Below, in pieces: positions 60,201-64,000 of a stretch of DNA of 64,000 nucleotides (position 1 is the stretch's first letter; every line of letters begins with the position of its first letter). The translations under genes and the position numbers were made by a program. The notes beneath the pieces were generated by a model. The model saw only the letters and a program-made list of their open reading frames with translations, was not told where the DNA came from and ran no database searches. The stretch is from Mesotaenium endlicherianum (Eukaryota). The DNA is taken from the NCBI GenBank assembly GCA_009602735.1, contig WELA01002119.1:190196-254195 (forward strand). Direction: 5' to 3'.

Positions 60201-63200
60201 CACTCGTGTTGGACAGCCCCCGAGTCAGGACTGATTGCTTCTCTAAGACGGAGAGCGGCGTTCCGGTCGCCCCCTTTCCCTCCCCCTCTCCCTCCCTCTC
60301 CCTCTTTCTCCTCTCCCCTCCCCCTCTCCCTCCCTCTCCCTCTTTCTCCTCTCCCCTCCCCCTCTCCCTCCTCCCGCAACCAGTGTTGCGAGCCCAAGCA
60401 AGGGCTGTAGGCTGCACTCCAGTGCACGCCAGGGCCAGGTAGCAAACTCCGGGGGAAAATGTGCAGTGGAAAATGTGCAGCTTCACCTGTTGGACCGATT
60501 CTTCTTCTCTATCTCTTCTGCTGCCCATCCAAGAGCAACGAGCTGCTACGGCCTTCCCCTGACGCGGCTGCTGGCTTGGCCTGTCTGCGGGCGGCAGAGC
60601 TTCTGGGAGGCAGCGGGAGACGCCCCGCCCTCCAAGGAGCAGCTTCAGGTGCACACAATCTGGCTCCTTCACAGATCCGTCCTTCCCTTCCTGTGCTCAC
60701 AGGCCGCGGCTGCACTGGGCATGTGTGTAGAGTACAAGAGGGCTGGGGAGTGCATGAACAAGCCACACTTCTCAGCTCAGGGGGGTCAGCGTTCAGCAGC
60801 TGGGATCTGGCGGTTGTTCAGTCTCTCCCCTAGTGTCTGGGGCGTGCAAAGATCCTCCAGGAAGCGACGGAAGTTTTGAGTGCGAACTCTCTGATTCTTC
60901 TCTGGGATTTTGCAATCCGTGCCTCGGCCTCAGGGAGCGGTGTGGGGGAGGAGCGTGGGGAGAGACGGAGGATGTTTCTAGTGCGATCTGCTCTCCCTGC
61001 TCGATACACCCTTCATCGTCTCCGCTGACACTTGCAAACTTGTTATACCAGGGTCACACATGCAGTGCCCCCCCTCGCCCTCGCGAGGGACTGATTGTAC
61101 ATCGACATGCCCGCACATGTGTAGGCACACATATGTATGTAAGGTGATATTATGTGATCATAGTTTTTCACGAGTGTGTGGACACACATATGTATGTAGG
61201 GATAAGTTTTGTCATCCCGGTTTCATCCTGTATGAGCCACTGCTGTTGACTCTGCTACTTCTCTTCCACGATCGCGTGTGTGTGCTCGCCCAGAGCTACC
61301 GGGAGAAGGCCAAGGGCATTGTGGACTCCATCATGCTCACCGACGCGCCCCTCACGCACCCGCCCGGCCAGGTCAGCACACACTGCTGCTGCGCCAGCTC
61401 GTCCTCCACCCGCCCCTCTCTCCCCACTCTCTCTTTCCACTTCCTACTGCCCCTTTCAGAACTTCTGCCCCCCTTGCATTACCCCCCCCCCCTCTCCCTC
61501 AGTCCCTTTCTCTGTGCTGGCTGTCTCCTGTGCTAGTACCCATGTGCTGCTGCATTGCTGCTGACAGTCGTGCGCGGGGTGGCTGCTGGCTGCGTGACGC
61601 GTGTCCGTGCGCAGCTCGCGCTGGCAGCCCTGGGCATGGCAAACGACGCCAGCCCGGTGGTGGACATGGACAAGTACGGTATCCCTCCTCTTCCTCCTCT
61701 TCCCCCTCCCGCCCTGGCCCCCATTTTCTGTTCCCTCTCGTCTCCCCGCCTCAAATCTTCCTTCCCCTTTCAAGCCTTCTTGCGGTGCAGGATACAATGT
61801 CATACCCCACGAGTTGTGGATACTAGGTCTTGCCGAGGCAGAGGGAAGCTGTGGCAGACGCAAGCGACATGACGCGGGTGTCGCTACGGCAGCTGCTGTA
61901 CTTCCCCGGGTGGTGCTTCTAGGATGCATCTCCAAATCTTTTAGCAGCTTTCCAGCCGTCAAATGACACGTTTGCCCTCTCACCTCGCAACGCACGTGAG
62001 GCTCCTTGGGCCGCCGTACTCCAGCCCTGCGTTCCCCCCTCTGGACTGCAACAATATCACGGACACGCGCATGCGCAATGCTAACTTGTGGCGATGGCCG
62101 TACTTCATTGCACGAGTTCTTTACATTGGACTGATTGGCCTGGAGTGGCCCATCCAGAGTGGCGCAGGGCATAGCGGCCAGTCGCAGAAGAGAAGCTGAC
62201 ACCACAGTCTGTATCTCTGTGGCGCTGCACCCCATGATGTCGGAGCAGGTACGTGCAGAGGGCTGTGAGCAAGCGGCAGCAGCAGGGAAGCAGCGGCGGC
62301 AGCAGCAGCCACGACCAGTCGGCGGAGGAGCTGGCCAGCACCATCGCGTCCATCAAGCAGCACGTGCGCCTCTTTTGCTCCTCCTCGCTGCTGCCCTGCA
62401 ATGTCATGCAATGCAATGCTGCAAGCGCTGGTGGCGTCGCGCGGTGCGTACCCAGAGGCGCTGCTGCAGCCACATGGGGAGCCCAGAGCAGCAGCAGCAC
62501 CACCAGCATTAACAGCATGGCTGGCTTGTACTGCACAACCGCTCTCCTGCCCATGCCAGCTGTTCAGGCCTGCACTGTTAAGAGCAAACTGTCTGTGCTT
62601 GCTAACACCTCAAGTACCAGCATGTGATACCTGCATCACTGCGATAATATCGCAGAGCACGAGTATCTTGAAGGCTGTAAGGAACGCCCCACACAGGGTA
62701 AGAAGAAGAAGGAGAACAACGAAGCAGAAGCACTCCTGTGAGAGAGCTCTCAAAAGTCTCACAATCTATTTGGTGACAGCCCTCAGAGGTGGGCAACCTC
62801 ATGCGCTGTCAAACTGCGCCATCTTTGAAGAGAGCGTCCCTTGGCCTGTCTGAGTGCGACAGGTGGCGGAAGCAGGGGAGGTGCCGCCAGCAGACGCCGT
62901 GAAGCCGCTGGACAAGAAGCTCAAGTACTGCCGCGACCCCCAGCTGTTTGCGCAAGACGAGTGAGACCTCTGGCCGCCTCTCTCTCTCTCTGACTGTGTG
63001 AATGTATGTGTGTGTGTGTGTTTTCACTCTGGTTCTACTTGTGCCTGCCTGTCTGCAGTCTGCTCTTGAGCTGAGCTGGAGGAACAAGCTCCCTCTGCAC
63101 TGCCATGTCAGCACCCCCATAGCAGCTTGTTGTTTCTGAACTGCCATGTCAGCATTCCCATTCCTGCATTGCCATGTGAACGTTGCCGAGTCCATGGCGG

Positions 63201-63391
63201 GCTCTTGAGAAGCGCCGGACTGAGAATATGTGTGTGTGTGTGTGTGTGCGCGTGCGTGTGCGCGTGATATTTGCACATGGTGGGGCCCTCCTTGTGGTTG
63301 GGGGCAGGCAGAAGAGGAAGAGCCGCAAGGAGAAGCAGAAGAAGCAGAAGCGCGCGCCCCACGATGCCAAGCCCTCCTCTACGCCCCCCCT
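57259..63391 (+). CDS. CYCH: Cyclin H (CAK/TFIIH subunit), spliced, at least 13 exons; last exon unresolved
   Basis: Exons 57259-57318, 57505-57555, 57747-57807, 57949-58082, 58356-58429, 58994-59114, 59874-59942, 60598-60648, 61294-61371, 61615-61673, 62249-62363, 62863-62960, 63308-63391. Motifs [81 protein letters not shown]. Confidence 0.93.
60270..60376 (+). repeat. CT-rich low-complexity intronic tract
   Basis: About 100 bp of almost pure C/T in a cyclin H intron. Confidence 0.8.
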
Positions 63392-64000
63392 GTACGTCCC
63401 CATTGTCGCCGTCGTCATCACCCCCGTTGGTCTCCTCACGCACTCGCTTTGGCATCACACGTCTGTCTCTCCCTGTGTGTGTGTCTCAGGCCGTCTGCCA
63501 GGGTGTCCGCCGGTCAGTCTATTTCCTCCTCGGGTGCATTAGAATGGATGTCCTTGTCCGCCTCTCTTGCTGGCCTGCCCCCTTTGCTGACACCTCAGCT
63601 GGTGCTGCATACCGGTAGCTCTGCTCCCATACCTCAAAACAAAAGAGTGGAGAGGCTGGAGAGACGCAGGCTCGTCTGCACCACTGTGGACCAAAGGCAG
63701 CCATTGCATGCCATTGGCGTCCTGCTTCCCTAGTAGGTGTTATACATGGAGCTAGTTCCTCCTGTAGGGCAGGATGCAAAAGTCACTGGTAACAACTGAC
63801 AAGAGGAGCAGGTACATTGAAACGGGTCATAGTCCCGTTGCAAAGTTAGAATTTGCGCGCTTTCAACTACCCCTGCATGAGTTGTGTCAGTGAAGTGGAC
63901 AGGTGGTGAAAGGGAGGGGAGGGGAGGGGAGGGGGAATACGCCAGGGTAGCATGCCCTTCATCAAAGGACAGTATGCTTGCACTCCGGCGAGAGGGTGGA

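Noticed and set aside
59100..63800. Many overlapping 60-260 aa ORFs
   Set aside because: Explained by GC-rich, low-complexity cyclin H introns.

Overview
Eukaryotic, intron-rich genomic DNA. The plant-type tRNA-Ser, SHI/STY and cyclin H genes point to a streptophyte, possibly an alga or early-diverging land plant; this is inference. Host genes: a 9-exon PAP/OAS1-type nucleotidyltransferase (4223-12076 +), a SHI/STY (SRS) transcription factor (46944-48373 +), an unidentified spliced acidic protein gene (~50700-54217 -), tRNA-Ser(AGA) (57026-57107 -) and a cyclin H gene of at least 13 exons (57259->63391 +). Between ~12 and 45 kb is a nest of transposons: a piggyBac-like relic, a decayed Ty3/gypsy whose integrase ends in a PHD finger, a decayed chromovirus interrupted by captured host exons (UTP14-like, plasma-membrane H+-ATPase), a copia relic with a solo LTR, and four copies of one chromovirus family. 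One copy is intact (33082-41899). It has gag, a -1 frameshift signal with a candidate long-range pseudoknot, pol with a chromodomain, and a third sense ORF (~558 aa) in the env position. ORF3 is preceded by a perfect TACTAAC branch point and AG acceptor, is bracketed by duplicated polypurine tracts, and appears to be under purifying selection between two copies. It is the best candidate for an undescribed system. There is one assembly gap (22917-23080). All calls were made by eye; no searches were run.
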